Shown in pieces: positions 39,481 to 49,238 of a DNA stretch of 64,000 nt; position 1 is the stretch's first letter, and the number at the start of each line of letters is the position of its first letter. The translations under genes and the position numbers were made by a program. The notes below the pieces were generated by a model that was given only the letters and a program-made list of their open reading frames with translations, was not told the DNA's origin and ran no database searches. Origin of the DNA: an uncultured delta proteobacterium (GTDB lineage: Bacteria; Desulfobacterota; Binatia; Binatales; Binataceae); contig CAVQEQ010000004.1 in the NCBI GenBank assembly GCA_963711565.1, forward strand, positions 672,001-736,000, written 5' to 3'.

Positions 39481-41916
39481 TTGAGCAAGAAGAAAAAGCC
39501 TCGGAACAAGCGGTCAATCGCCGGGGCCACCGGAAAGATCGCGGCGCGAGCGCAACCTTCCGCAGCGTCACCAAGGTTTCGACTGCGGCCCTTGGCGTGG
39601 CTGCTGCCAATAGTCGCGCTGTCAATCGTCGCGGTCGTGTTCCTGACTCGGCGGACGCACGAATCCGTAAGCCCGGTCGCGACGATACCGCCCGTGATGC
39701 TCGATGCTAAATTCGTCGGTGCGGCCCAATGCGCGACCTGTCACGAGCAAGAGAATGCGCTCTGGCGCGGATCGCATCATCAACTGGCGATGCAACCGGC
39801 GGTGGATTCAACGGTCCTGGGCGACTTCAATCATGCGAGCTTCGATAACAACGGCGTCACGTCGAGCTTCTACCGTAGTGGCTCCAAGTTCATGGTACGT
39901 ACCGACGGCCCGGACGGCGCCCTTCATGACTACGAAATCGAGTACACGTTCGGCGTTTATCCGCTGCAACAATATCTCATCGCGATGCCGGGCGGACGCT
40001 TGCAGGCGCTGGGGATCGCCTGGGACACGAGGCCGCGCGAGAGCGGCGGCCGGCGGTGGTTCTCTCTGTATCCCGGACAGAAGATCACGCCGCGGGACTC
40101 CCGGCACTGGACCGGCATCGATCAGAACTGGAATTACATGTGCGCCGATTGCCATTCGACCAATCTGCGCAAGAACTACGACGCTCGCGCGCGCACGTTT
40201 TCCACTTCCTATTCGGAGATCGATGTGTCGTGCGAGGCTTGCCATGGTCCCGGGTCCAATCATGTATCGTGGGCGAAGAAGCAGGGCGATTGGCAGCAAC
40301 TTGACGCGACCGAGGGCCTGACGATCGCGCTTGATGAGCGCAATGGCGTGGCGTGGTCGATCGATCCCGCAGCCGGCAACGCGCGTCGAAGCTCGGCGCG
40401 TAAATCGGAGCGGGAAATTGAGATGTGCGCGCGATGTCATGCGCGACGCGGCGAGATTCACGAAGACTATGTGCATGGTCAGCCGGTGGGCGACGATTAT
40501 CGTGTCGCGCTGCTCGATGAAGATCACTATTTCCCCGACGGGCAGATAAAAGAGGAGGACTACGAGTACGGCTCCTTCAGCCAGAGCCGGATGTTCCATG
40601 CAGGCGTGACGTGCAGCGATTGCCACGAACCGCATAGTTCCAAGCTGCGCGGCACGGGAAATGCCTTGTGTTCACAATGTCATCTTGCAGCCAAGTACGA
40701 CTCGCAGCAGCATTACTTGCATCAGTCGGGAACTGCGGGCGCGCAGTGCGTCGATTGCCACATGCCGACGCGTACCTACATGGTCGTCAACGCGCGCCGC
40801 GATCACAGTATTCGCATCCCGCGTCCGGACCTTTCCGTGAGGCTCGGTACTCCCAACGCATGCACCAATTGCCACACCGACAAGTCGGCGAAGTGGGCGT
40901 TGGACCAGGTGAAGAAGTGGTACGGACATACGCCTGAGGGCTTCCAGCAATTTGCGGAAACGCTCAACGCCGGAACGGAGGGCGCACCCGGTTCGCAGCA
41001 AGCGCTCGAACAATTGGTCGCAGACACTGAGCAGCCGGCAATCGCGCGCGCGACCGCGCTATCCTTGCTCGCGGACTACGCTCCGTCGCCAACAGATGCG
41101 GCGGTTCGCGCCGGGGTTGGCGATGATTGGAGCTTGGTACGACGGGCTGCCGCTCATGCGCTTTCCAACAGCGAGCCGGCTGCCAGTGCGAACGTGCTGG
41201 CGCCTCTGCTCAGCGATCCGGTTCGTGCAGTGCGGATCGAAGCCGCGGAAGTGCTGGCAGGGTTGCCCGCGGAGAACCTACCCGCAGATGTTGCCGCCGC
41301 TTTCAGGCACGCCACTGATGAGTACATTGGCGCGCAGCAATTGAACGCGGATCGGCCCGAGGCGCATCTGAACTTGGGCCTGTTGTATGCTAAGCAGAAT
41401 CACTTCGACAAAGCTGAGCAGGAACTTAAGACCGCATTGTCGCTCGACCCGAGCTTTGCGCCGGGCGCCGTTAACCTGGCAGACCTATATCGGGCACAGA
41501 ACCGGGACAACGAGGGGGAACAGGTGCTGACAGACGCTTTGAGTCGGTCGCCGGACGACGCGTCGCTCGAGCATGCGCTGGGTCTGCTCATGGTGCGTCA
41601 GAAGCGTAATGCGCAAGCGCTTGATCTGCTGGGGGCAGCGGCGCGCGGTGCGCCGGACAATGCGCGCTACGCTTACGTCTATGCGGTCGCGCTGAACGAT
41701 GCGGGAAAGACGCACGCGGCAATCGAAACGCTGGAGAGCTCTATCAAGGCGCATCCCTATGACCGCGATTCACTTGCCGCGCTGGTGAACTTCCTGGAAG
41801 AGTCTGGCGATCCCGTCAAGGCGCTCACTTATGCGCAACGATTAGGTGAGCTTGAACCGGGAGACCCACAAGTTCTTCAGATGCTGAAAGAGCTACGAGA
41901 GCATTCACATGGCTGA
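39481..41916 (+). CDS. Octaheme c-type cytochrome with HEAT and TPR repeats
   Basis: Eight CxxCH motifs (CATCH, CADCH, CEACH, CARCH, CSDCH, CSQCH, CVDCH, CTNCH), N-terminal TM, C-terminal HEAT/TPR. Confidence 0.9.
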   Translation: MSKKKKPRNKRSIAGATGKIAARAQPSAASPRFRLRPLAWLLPIVALSIVAVVFLTRRTHESVSPVATIPPVMLDAKFVGAAQCATCHEQENALWRGSHHQLAMQPAVDSTVLGDFNHASFDNNGVTSSFYRSGSKFMVRTDGPDGALHDYEIEYTFGVYPLQQYLIAMPGGRLQALGIAWDTRPRESGGRRWFSLYPGQKITPRDSRHWTGIDQNWNYMCADCHSTNLRKNYDARARTFSTSYSEIDVSCEACHGPGSNHVSWAKKQGDWQQLDATEGLTIALDERNGVAWSIDPAAGNARRSSARKSEREIEMCARCHARRGEIHEDYVHGQPVGDDYRVALLDEDHYFPDGQIKEEDYEYGSFSQSRMFHAGVTCSDCHEPHSSKLRGTGNALCSQCHLAAKYDSQQHYLHQSGTAGAQCVDCHMPTRTYMVVNARRDHSIRIPRPDLSVRLGTPNACTNCHTDKSAKWALDQVKKWYGHTPEGFQQFAETLNAGTEGAPGSQQALEQLVADTEQPAIARATALSLLADYAPSPTDAAVRAGVGDDWSLVRRAAAHALSNSEPAASANVLAPLLSDPVRAVRIEAAEVLAGLPAENLPADVAAAFRHATDEYIGAQQLNADRPEAHLNLGLLYAKQNHFDKAEQELKTALSLDPSFAPGAVNLADLYRAQNRDNEGEQVLTDALSRSPDDASLEHALGLLMVRQKRNAQALDLLGAAARGAPDNARYAYVYAVALNDAGKTHAAIETLESSIKAHPYDRDSLAALVNFLEESGDPVKALTYAQRLGELEPGDPQVLQMLKELREHSHG

Positions 41917-42985
41917 TAAGTCCGGCGATGGCGGGCGGCGAACCCCGGTCGAGCTGTGGGTTGGCGGGACAGCGGTTGTCTTACTGGGACTTTTGTGTCT
42001 GCTGGTCCTGCGTCCATTTATATCCGCGGCGCTATGGGCGGTAGTGCTATGTTTCACGACCTGGCCGCTGTTCCTCAGGCTCGAGATGCTACTCGGCGGA
42101 CGAAGGACGCTGTCGGCGCTAATCGCCACGGTATTGCTGACTGCAATCATAGTCGGACCGGTAGTAATACTCGGAGCTACACTCGCCGATAATGTGTCGG
42201 CGCTGATTGCGGCCAGTCAGAAGCTTATCGAGGAAGGTCCTCCTAGTCCGCCCGACTGGGTTGCCGGCATCCCACTGATTGGCAGTCATGTCGCCGCCTA
42301 CTGGAACTATCTAAACGAGGGCAGTTCCGTGAGGCTGCATGAGCTGGGCAGGCTGCTACCTGCGGCCAGGACGGTGGCTGTGTGGGGCGGCGGCGCGCTT
42401 GCCGAGGGAATCTTTCAGATAGGTCTGAGCATACTGATCGCGTTCTTTTTCTATCGCGACGGTCACGCCGCTGCGAATCAACTCCAGGAGGCGCTTCATC
42501 GGATAGCAGGGGAGAGAGGAGATCGTCTGCTCGAACTCGCGGGCGCGACGATTCGCGCGGTGGTTTACGGCGTTCTCGGGACGGCGCTCCTGCAGGGCGT
42601 GGTCGCGGCGATTGGCTTCGCTATTGCCGGAGTTCCTGGAGCTGTGTCCTTGGGATTCATTACGTTTGTGCTGTCCTTTCTGCCTGGCGGGCCGGCAATC
42701 GTCGCGGCGCCGGCCGCGTTCTGGTTGTATCGGCAAGGCTCGATTGGGTGGGCGGTCTTCATGATGGCATGGGGATTGATGGTCGCGATGCTGGATAACG
42801 TCGTGAAGCCGCTGCTTATCAGCCGCGGCGGATCGACACCTATGATACTTGTGATGCTGGGAGTGCTAGGTGGGGCTCTCGCCTTCGGCGTGATCGGGAT
42901 GTTCCTTGGACCGACGCTCGTGGCCTTGGGTTATAGCCTATTCGAGCAATGGGCCGTGTCCGCGGGTGGCGCGAGACAAACTTGA
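41909..42985 (+). CDS. AI-2E family transporter (YdiK-like)
   Basis: PFISAALWAVVL, TALLQG, DNVVKPLLISRG, GMFLGP motifs. Confidence 0.88.
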   Translation: MADKSGDGGRRTPVELWVGGTAVVLLGLLCLLVLRPFISAALWAVVLCFTTWPLFLRLEMLLGGRRTLSALIATVLLTAIIVGPVVILGATLADNVSALIAASQKLIEEGPPSPPDWVAGIPLIGSHVAAYWNYLNEGSSVRLHELGRLLPAARTVAVWGGGALAEGIFQIGLSILIAFFFYRDGHAAANQLQEALHRIAGERGDRLLELAGATIRAVVYGVLGTALLQGVVAAIGFAIAGVPGAVSLGFITFVLSFLPGGPAIVAAPAAFWLYRQGSIGWAVFMMAWGLMVAMLDNVVKPLLISRGGSTPMILVMLGVLGGALAFGVIGMFLGPTLVALGYSLFEQWAVSAGGARQT

Positions 42986-43005
42986 AAAAGGGCAGCGCTA
43001 TTCGA

Positions 43006-46000
43006 TTACGGCCCGGTTCCAGTCAGGCTGATGGTATGCGGGCTGATCGGATCGCTCGCGACGTTCACCATCATGCTTGCGCTCTCTGCCGAGCCGCCGC
43101 CCGTAGGTGTGAACTTTACCGCGATAGTACATGACGAATGCGCCGCCGCCATCGCGCCGCACGTGCCGCCCGCCAGTGTGAAGTCGTCCGAATTCGCGCC
43201 ACTGAAGCTCTCCGTCAACGGTAGTGAGAATCCCGACAGGTTGGTCACGGTAGCGTTCAATGTCTTTGAGGTTGTCTTCAGTGTCCCATACGCGAGTTTC
43301 GCCGGCGTGACGGTAGCCGGAATCGTCGCTCCGGTGCTGAGCGCGACTGCGTAAGGGCTGAGCGGATCGGGAGTGTCAGAGATCGACAGTGTCGCCGATT
43401 CTGTTCCTAGGGCGCCCGGCTTGAAGGTCACAACTATTGTGCACGCCTTGGCGGCGGCAAGGGTCGCAGCGCAGGTGCCGCCCGTGACCGAGAAGTCGGC
43501 GGCATTGGGTCCGCCTGAGGTTTCGCTCAGAGTCACCTGCTGGGTTCGATGGTTGGTCACGCTGAAGGAGCCGATCGGCTTAGCGTTGAACTTGACGCTT
43601 CCGAAGACCAGGCCGGTCTTCGATATGGTCAAACCTGCAATGCCGGTGCCGCTGAGCGTTGAGTGCTGCGGGCTGGTGGTGGCGTTGTCGAAGATCGTCA
43701 GAGTTGCGCTGTGCGCACCAAGCGCCGCGGGCGTGAACGCCACTCCCAGCGTGCAAGTGGTCTTGGGCGCGAGCGTGACTGGGAGCGCACCGCACGTTCC
43801 CGTGCCGCTTAGAGCGTATTCGGTCGAGTCTGATGATGTCGCGCTCGAGATGACCAGCGGATGGGTCGCGCCGGTATTATGCACCGTCAGATTCTTCGTT
43901 GAAGTCTGACCCACGGCGACATTGCCGAACGCGAGCGACGCCGTCACCGTCATCGCGGTGGTCGGAGTTGATGTCGGCGTGGCAGTTGCCGTAAGTGTCG
44001 GGGTCTGAGTTGCGGTAGCGGTGGCTGTACTCGTCCTGGTGGCAGTGGGTGTCGCGGTTCTGGTCGCAGTTGCTGTGGAAGTGCGGGTGGCGGTCGCCGT
44101 CAAAGTCGCGGTAGCTGTCGCGGTTGGAGTAGCTGTCCTGGTCGCGGTCGGAGTTGGCGAAGCCGATCCGCCGCCAAATGCTATCACGTTGGCCGAGTAT
44201 GCCGGGAAGCTGTATGAAAAATTTGACGATAGGGCGCCGATAGCACTCGTCGCGATGTCGGCTGAACCGACTCCTGTCTCCGCCGCGTTGTCTTGCGGGA
44301 TGCCGTAGGAATACAAAGTGCCGGCGCTGCCCAGCGACGCACCGCTGATAGAGATGTTGGCATTGAGTGCGTTGGTTGCGCTGTTATTCACGACCAGGAG
44401 CGTCAACCCGCCACCAGTCCGTTGGGCCGCGCACACGCTAAGGAACGGATAGTCACTGATAGCGCTGACGAGCTGGTCGCCGCCGCGGGCGAAGTGTTGC
44501 AACAATCTTTCGACGTAAAATGTCGGATAGGTATCAGCCGGGCCGGGAGGGTTGGCGCTGTCCACGACGCCGTAGTCGCCATACTGACGCCATCCGTAGA
44601 GAGTCGAGGAATTGTTATCGGTGGTTTCCTGGCCGTTGCGGAGGTCCCACCAGGTAACTGAATTGAACTCGGTATTCATTGCCGCGCAAATGCTGTCGGC
44701 GAGGAACAACCCATTTACCAGGCTGGTGGTCTGTTTGCCGGGGTCGGACGAGACCGAGTTGTTTTCGGTGTTATCCAGTTCGACACCGGCCGCCGCGGTC
44801 GTGCCGAGGTAGTCGTTCAACTGACTGCGAAGATCGGCGGCGTCGGTGCTCCAGGTCCCGTTGGAGAGCAGCAGCCCCTGATCGCTCTCGCCACCCGGCG
44901 ACTCCGGATAGCGATGGTAGATCAGGAAATCAGGAATCACGCCCAGGCTGTTCAGTGTGGCGAGCATCACTGGCGTCCAGCCGTTGTGAGTTACTCCGGT
45001 TACGGGATTGACCACAGGGTGGTTGCTATTGTTGGCATAGCTGTCCTCGCCGGGAACCGCAACAGCGCCGATCTTGATAGTAGGATCGACAGCCTTCATC
45101 TGCGTGTAGTACTGCTGGAAGCGCTGCGCATAGGTATAGGGATCGTGGGGCACAATGTTAGTGTCGGTCTCCCATGAGCCATATTCCTCGTTGCCGATTT
45201 CCCAGTACTTAAAGCCATAGTGATTCGTGACATTCGATTCCTGCACCCACGCGGCCGCCTCGGCCGGCGTGCCCGATCCATAGTCGGCAGTTACGAAGAC
45301 CTGTGCGCCAATCGCGGTGGCAACCTGCGCGAACTGGTCGAATGACGTAGCCCATGTCCAGGTGTTGCTGTCTGTAGTGTTGGTCGCCCAATGATAGTCG
45401 TCGGAGAGCGAACCGCCGGGGAAGCGCAGGGAACCCGCGCCCATCGCAGTTAGCAGATTAGTCGTCACGCTAGTATCGAGGAGCGAGTCCCACACGGCGG
45501 TGTTGACGCCGAAATGGCGCGCATCGACGACGCGCGCCGCGTCCGCCGCGTTCACGGTAACGTTGATCACGCTGGGCGGGGGTTGCGCGGTGATCGAGAT
45601 GGTATCCACGTAGAACGTCGGCTGCGTCGTGCCGCTGCGGTCCTGGATCCAGAATCCGTCCATGTCGGGCTGGTTCTGCACGCCCAGCGAGGACAGTGGA
45701 ATGCTGACCTGCTGCCAGGTGTTCGCCGCGAGGGCGGGCAGAGTCACGACAGTCTGAGCCGTGCCGTTGAGCGTTGCCTGTACTTGCAGCAACTGGCCGC
45801 CGGTCGTGCCGCCATTGATCCAGAAAACCAGATCTGCATAGACACTCGAATCGAAGGGCGTCTGATGCAGATAGAGCGCCTGATAAGGGCCCGCGCTGAC
45901 GCTGATCGAGTCGGTGCCGGACTGGACCGGCGTCGTGTTGCCGAGATTCACGGTCGCCCAGCTCCAGTTCTGCCAGCCGTTGACGAGAGCGTCGGTGTAT

Positions 46001-46113
46001 ACGGACTGGTTCGTTTGCGCCCGCGCCGGGGTGGACAGCGCGAGGCAGCAAAGCAGCGCCGTCAAAACCGGGAGCAGCGATCGCGCGCGCCGAAACATGA
46101 CAAACTGAGCCAT
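43006..46113 (-). CDS. Secreted GH-A clan glycoside hydrolase (GH44/GH51-like) with CBM-like N-domain, Thr/Ala/Pro linker and choice-of-anchor D/ASH-like Ig domains
   Basis: Signal peptide, GWQNWSW, LRFPGGSLSDDYHW, YWEIGNEEYGSWE, SLAFGNVAVG..CTLGVAFTP repeats. Confidence 0.8.
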   Translation of the reverse strand: MAQFVMFRRARSLLPVLTALLCCLALSTPARAQTNQSVYTDALVNGWQNWSWATVNLGNTTPVQSGTDSISVSAGPYQALYLHQTPFDSSVYADLVFWINGGTTGGQLLQVQATLNGTAQTVVTLPALAANTWQQVSIPLSSLGVQNQPDMDGFWIQDRSGTTQPTFYVDTISITAQPPPSVINVTVNAADAARVVDARHFGVNTAVWDSLLDTSVTTNLLTAMGAGSLRFPGGSLSDDYHWATNTTDSNTWTWATSFDQFAQVATAIGAQVFVTADYGSGTPAEAAAWVQESNVTNHYGFKYWEIGNEEYGSWETDTNIVPHDPYTYAQRFQQYYTQMKAVDPTIKIGAVAVPGEDSYANNSNHPVVNPVTGVTHNGWTPVMLATLNSLGVIPDFLIYHRYPESPGGESDQGLLLSNGTWSTDAADLRSQLNDYLGTTAAAGVELDNTENNSVSSDPGKQTTSLVNGLFLADSICAAMNTEFNSVTWWDLRNGQETTDNNSSTLYGWRQYGDYGVVDSANPPGPADTYPTFYVERLLQHFARGGDQLVSAISDYPFLSVCAAQRTGGGLTLLVVNNSATNALNANISISGASLGSAGTLYSYGIPQDNAAETGVGSADIATSAIGALSSNFSYSFPAYSANVIAFGGGSASPTPTATRTATPTATATATLTATATRTSTATATRTATPTATRTSTATATATQTPTLTATATPTSTPTTAMTVTASLAFGNVAVGQTSTKNLTVHNTGATHPLVISSATSSDSTEYALSGTGTCGALPVTLAPKTTCTLGVAFTPAALGAHSATLTIFDNATTSPQHSTLSGTGIAGLTISKTGLVFGSVKFNAKPIGSFSVTNHRTQQVTLSETSGGPNAADFSVTGGTCAATLAAAKACTIVVTFKPGALGTESATLSISDTPDPLSPYAVALSTGATIPATVTPAKLAYGTLKTTSKTLNATVTNLSGFSLPLTESFSGANSDDFTLAGGTCGAMAAAHSSCTIAVKFTPTGGGSAESASMMVNVASDPISPHTISLTGTGP
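43965..44165 (-). repeat. Low-complexity TAT/PT linker repeat within the glycosidase
   Basis: SPTPTATRTATPTATATATLTATATRTSTATATRTATP... Confidence 0.85.
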
Positions 46114-46300
46114 ATTATTACAATATGTATAATTGAAGGCCTGCTGCGAGCAAAGGGTCTCCTTCGTGTCTGCGGGGCACCCCGCCGAGCAGGTAGAAAA
46201 CCTGTTGCGGATCGCAAAAGCAGCGACGCGACGCTCTCACCTCTTCCTGACAGAGCATTACGTATAGCTGTTACTTTCGTCCGCTGTTCGCACGCGGGGC

Positions 46301-46318
46301 ATTGTACTTTGGTACAAT
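46301..46318. promoter_or_regulatory. Palindromic box, copy 4 (ATTGTAC-TTTG-GTACAAT)
   Basis: Identical to 36541, including the following AGC. Lies in a divergent promoter region. Confidence 0.75.
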
Positions 46319-46426
46319 AGCTGCAAATTTTTCCCCAATGCAGAATCATTTGCATGCGGCACGATCCCGTGATCGCCGCTGGATGGACAGGAATGATCAA
46401 CGTTGACAGTCAATGGGAGGGCAAAC

Positions 46427-47233
46427 ATGAGCCTCAAATTTGTGGCCGCCGCTTGCGGAGCCGCGATGGGAATAGCGTTAGCCTTGAATGCAGCACTGGC
46501 CGCAGATCCGGCTTCATCGCCGACCCAGGTGGCGCCACCCGCGCAAGCCGCGGTCCCCAGCATTGACCCGCAGGCCGACGAACTTCTCAGCAAAACGTGT
46601 ACGGCGCTGGGTGCGGCCGACGCTTTGAGCTTTCACGCGGAGATCCTGTTCGACAAGGTGCTCCCCCACTCGGTGAAGGTTCAGTACGCCGCGGAAATGA
46701 ACTTCGCGCTCCAGCGTCCGGACGAACTGATGGTCGATTACCATAGCGACCTCGGCGGCAAACAACTTTGGTACCAGGGCGACACCTTGACGATCTTCGA
46801 CGAGCCGCACGAGATGTACGCGAGCATGAAGGTACCGTCCTCGATTGACGCGATGCTCGATCAGGTGGAGGCGACGGAGAACCTTACGCTTCCGCTGTCG
46901 AACCTGGCGTATAGCGATCCATGCCAAAGGATTCGCAAACAGATCGTCTTCGGAACGTACATAGGAGTGAATGACGTCAACGGCGTCGCCTGCGATCACG
47001 TCGCGTTTTCGTCGCGCAACATAGACCTTCAGCTTTGGCTCGATCGATCGGGAAAGCCAGTGCCGCGCAAAATCGTTATCAACTACCGGACCGAGCCGGG
47101 CGCGCCGGAATACATCGCGGTGCTTTCCGACTGGAAATTTCCGAAAAAAATCTCCGAGAGCCAATTCAACCCTCAACTTCCCAAAGATGCAAAACGCATC
47201 GAGTTTCTGAAGGTCAAGGGGTCACAGCCGTGA
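46427..47233 (+). CDS. DUF2092 periplasmic protein (LolA-like fold)
   Basis: Signal peptide, LQRPDEL, CDHVAF, DLQLWL, PRKIVI, F.PQLPKDAKRIEF. Confidence 0.82.
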   Translation: MSLKFVAAACGAAMGIALALNAALAADPASSPTQVAPPAQAAVPSIDPQADELLSKTCTALGAADALSFHAEILFDKVLPHSVKVQYAAEMNFALQRPDELMVDYHSDLGGKQLWYQGDTLTIFDEPHEMYASMKVPSSIDAMLDQVEATENLTLPLSNLAYSDPCQRIRKQIVFGTYIGVNDVNGVACDHVAFSSRNIDLQLWLDRSGKPVPRKIVINYRTEPGAPEYIAVLSDWKFPKKISESQFNPQLPKDAKRIEFLKVKGSQP

Positions 47234-47319
47234 AGAACACGATAGCTTTGTGCACGGCCGGCACGAAATGGCAGTCAGCATGATGGCAGCAAATTCCCAG
47301 GCGAAAACTCCGACCACTA

Positions 47320-47470
47320 CAGTACTTCTGTGGGTTTCTTGGCGGTGAGATCGACCAATGGACGCCGTATCTTTTTCGCAATACGACACAGGTGTTTCCC
47401 TGGATCGGCAAACCCGGCACTGCCTACGCCGACAATGAAATACATGCGCGACCTGAACGCTGCCGCACAG
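47320..47470 (+). pseudogene. Arylsulfatase internal remnant
   Basis: QYFCGFLGGEIDQWTPYLFRNTTQVFPWIGKPG and, out of frame, MKYMRDLNAAA. Both resemble internal segments of AtsA/AtsD-type arylsulfatases. Confidence 0.6.
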
Positions 47471-47907
47471 CACCGCGGTGTCCCCGGCTCTCGTCATTGG
47501 ACGCTCTGCTGACCGCGACCGCGCTGATCGAAGCAGGAGCCGGCGTGGCGCTGCTGATTCTGCCTTCGAGAGCGGTGGAACTCCTGCTCGGCGCGCCGCT
47601 TGAGGCGCCTGACGCTTTCACAGTGGCGCGAGTCGGCGGTACGGCGCTGCTTACTCTCGGAGCGGCTGCCTGGCTTGCTCGCGGCGACACGCAAAGCCGC
47701 GCGGCGCGGGGATTGGTATCGGCGATGGTGATCTATAATCTCGGCGTAGCACTTATTCTGGGCGCTGCCGGTATCCGCTCGGAGCGGGTCGGCATTGTCC
47801 TGTGGCCGGCCGTCGTGCTGCATACTGCTATGACCATCTGGTGCATTATGAGCCTTCGGCATCCGAGCATCGCCGAGGATTCCGGGAACCTCCGTCAGCA
47901 GCTATAG
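47392..47907 (+). CDS. Small four-TM membrane protein, probably 5'-truncated and fused to the sulfatase remnant
   Basis: LLTATALIEAGAGVALL..GLVSAMVIYN..LWPAVVLH hydrophobic core from about 47505. Confidence 0.55.
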   Translation: MFPWIGKPGTAYADNEIHARPERCRTAPRCPRLSSLDALLTATALIEAGAGVALLILPSRAVELLLGAPLEAPDAFTVARVGGTALLTLGAAAWLARGDTQSRAARGLVSAMVIYNLGVALILGAAGIRSERVGIVLWPAVVLHTAMTIWCIMSLRHPSIAEDSGNLRQQL

Positions 47908-47913
47908 AGAACG

Positions 47914-48585
47914 ATGAGTTATAACCAACCGATCGGCGACACTTCGCTCATCGCCTGCCTGCACTGCGATCTGCTGCAACGCATTCCGGAGCTTGAGCCC
48001 GGCGCGTCGGCCCGTTGCCCGCGATGCGACAAGGAGCTGTGGCGCAATCGCGTGGACTCACTCAACCGGACGCTCGCACTGACGCTGGGAGCGGTATTGC
48101 TCTATGCGATCGCGAACTCCGTTCCGATGCTTGGCCTTACGATCGTGGGGCGCGACGCTTCGACCACGGTGATCGGCGGCGCTCAGCACTTGTGGGACAA
48201 CGACCAGAAGGTCGTCGGGGTGCTGGTGCTGTTCACCGCGGTCATCGCGCCCGCCCTGCAGATTGGCTTGATGCTGGCGATCGTGCTCGGGAGTATGCGC
48301 GCGCGGCCGCCGCGATGGGTAGGAACTCTGCTGCGCTATCACCCGACCACGAAAATCTGGAGCATGATCGAGGTCATGATGGTGGGCGTGCTGGTCGCCC
48401 TGGTCAAGATTGCGGACTACGCGACGGTGATTCCGGGAATGGCGCTGTTCGTGCTGTGGGTGCTGGTGTTCGTTCTGGCCGGGATGTCGGCCAGCTTCGA
48501 CTCTCGCGATGTGTGGGAACGGATCCAGTGGGCCGACGAAGAGCAGCACGACGCCGCCGGTGAGTTGGCGGAGGGAACGTCGTGA
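47914..48585 (+). CDS. pqiA: Paraquat-inducible protein A (N-half)
   Basis: ACLHCD, CPRC, WSMIEVMMVGVLVALVKI. Confidence 0.9.
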   Translation: MSYNQPIGDTSLIACLHCDLLQRIPELEPGASARCPRCDKELWRNRVDSLNRTLALTLGAVLLYAIANSVPMLGLTIVGRDASTTVIGGAQHLWDNDQKVVGVLVLFTAVIAPALQIGLMLAIVLGSMRARPPRWVGTLLRYHPTTKIWSMIEVMMVGVLVALVKIADYATVIPGMALFVLWVLVFVLAGMSASFDSRDVWERIQWADEEQHDAAGELAEGTS

Positions 48586-49238
48586 GCGCGGCCGGCATTA
48601 CCGCGATGCAGCAAGGCCTGCAGAGCTGCGAAGGCTGCGGCCTGCTCTCGCGCCCCGCGCCGGGCGAGGAAGAAGGACGCTGCCCGCGCTGCGACGAGCA
48701 CCTTGAATTTCGCAAGAAGGCCAGTTATCAGCGCACGTGGGCGTACCTTATCGCCGCTGCGATCTGTTACATCCCGGCCAACGTACTTCCCGTCTTGACG
48801 ACCACCACGGCCGCAGGAGCGGAGTCCGACACTATTCTGCAAGGCGTTGTTTTGTTGTGGTCGCCGACCGGATGGCCGCTCTCGATCATCGTGCTGGTCG
48901 CCAGCATCATGATCCCCAGCGCGAAGATCCTGGCGCTGGGCTACCTGCTGATCACGGCACAGCGCGGCTCCGTCGCGAACAACGATCAACGGATCCGGAT
49001 GTACAGGATGGTCGAGTTCATCGGGCGCTGGTCGATGGTCGATGTATTCGTCGATACCTTCACCGCGGCGCTGATCCAGCTCCAGCCGCTCATGTCGGTC
49101 GAGCCGGGGCCCGGCCTGATCTTCTTCGCGGCGGTGGTGGTATTTACGATGCTCGCGGTCGAGGCCTTCGATCCGCGGCTCATCTGGGACTCAGCAAGTC
49201 AGCAAGAGGCAGATTCGAAAGAGGTTGCTTATGCCTGA
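48582..49238 (+). CDS. pqiA: Paraquat-inducible protein A (C-half)
   Basis: CEGC..CPRC, YIPAN, VEFIGRWSMVDVFV, FDPRLIWD. Confidence 0.9.
   Translation: MSAAGITAMQQGLQSCEGCGLLSRPAPGEEEGRCPRCDEHLEFRKKASYQRTWAYLIAAAICYIPANVLPVLTTTTAAGAESDTILQGVVLLWSPTGWPLSIIVLVASIMIPSAKILALGYLLITAQRGSVANNDQRIRMYRMVEFIGRWSMVDVFVDTFTAALIQLQPLMSVEPGPGLIFFAAVVVFTMLAVEAFDPRLIWDSASQQEADSKEVAYA

Noticed and set aside
43965-44165. CRISPR-like or VNTR array
   Set aside because: The repeats are degenerate at DNA level and encode an in-frame Thr/Ala/Pro linker. No spacer-repeat structure or cas genes were seen in the window.
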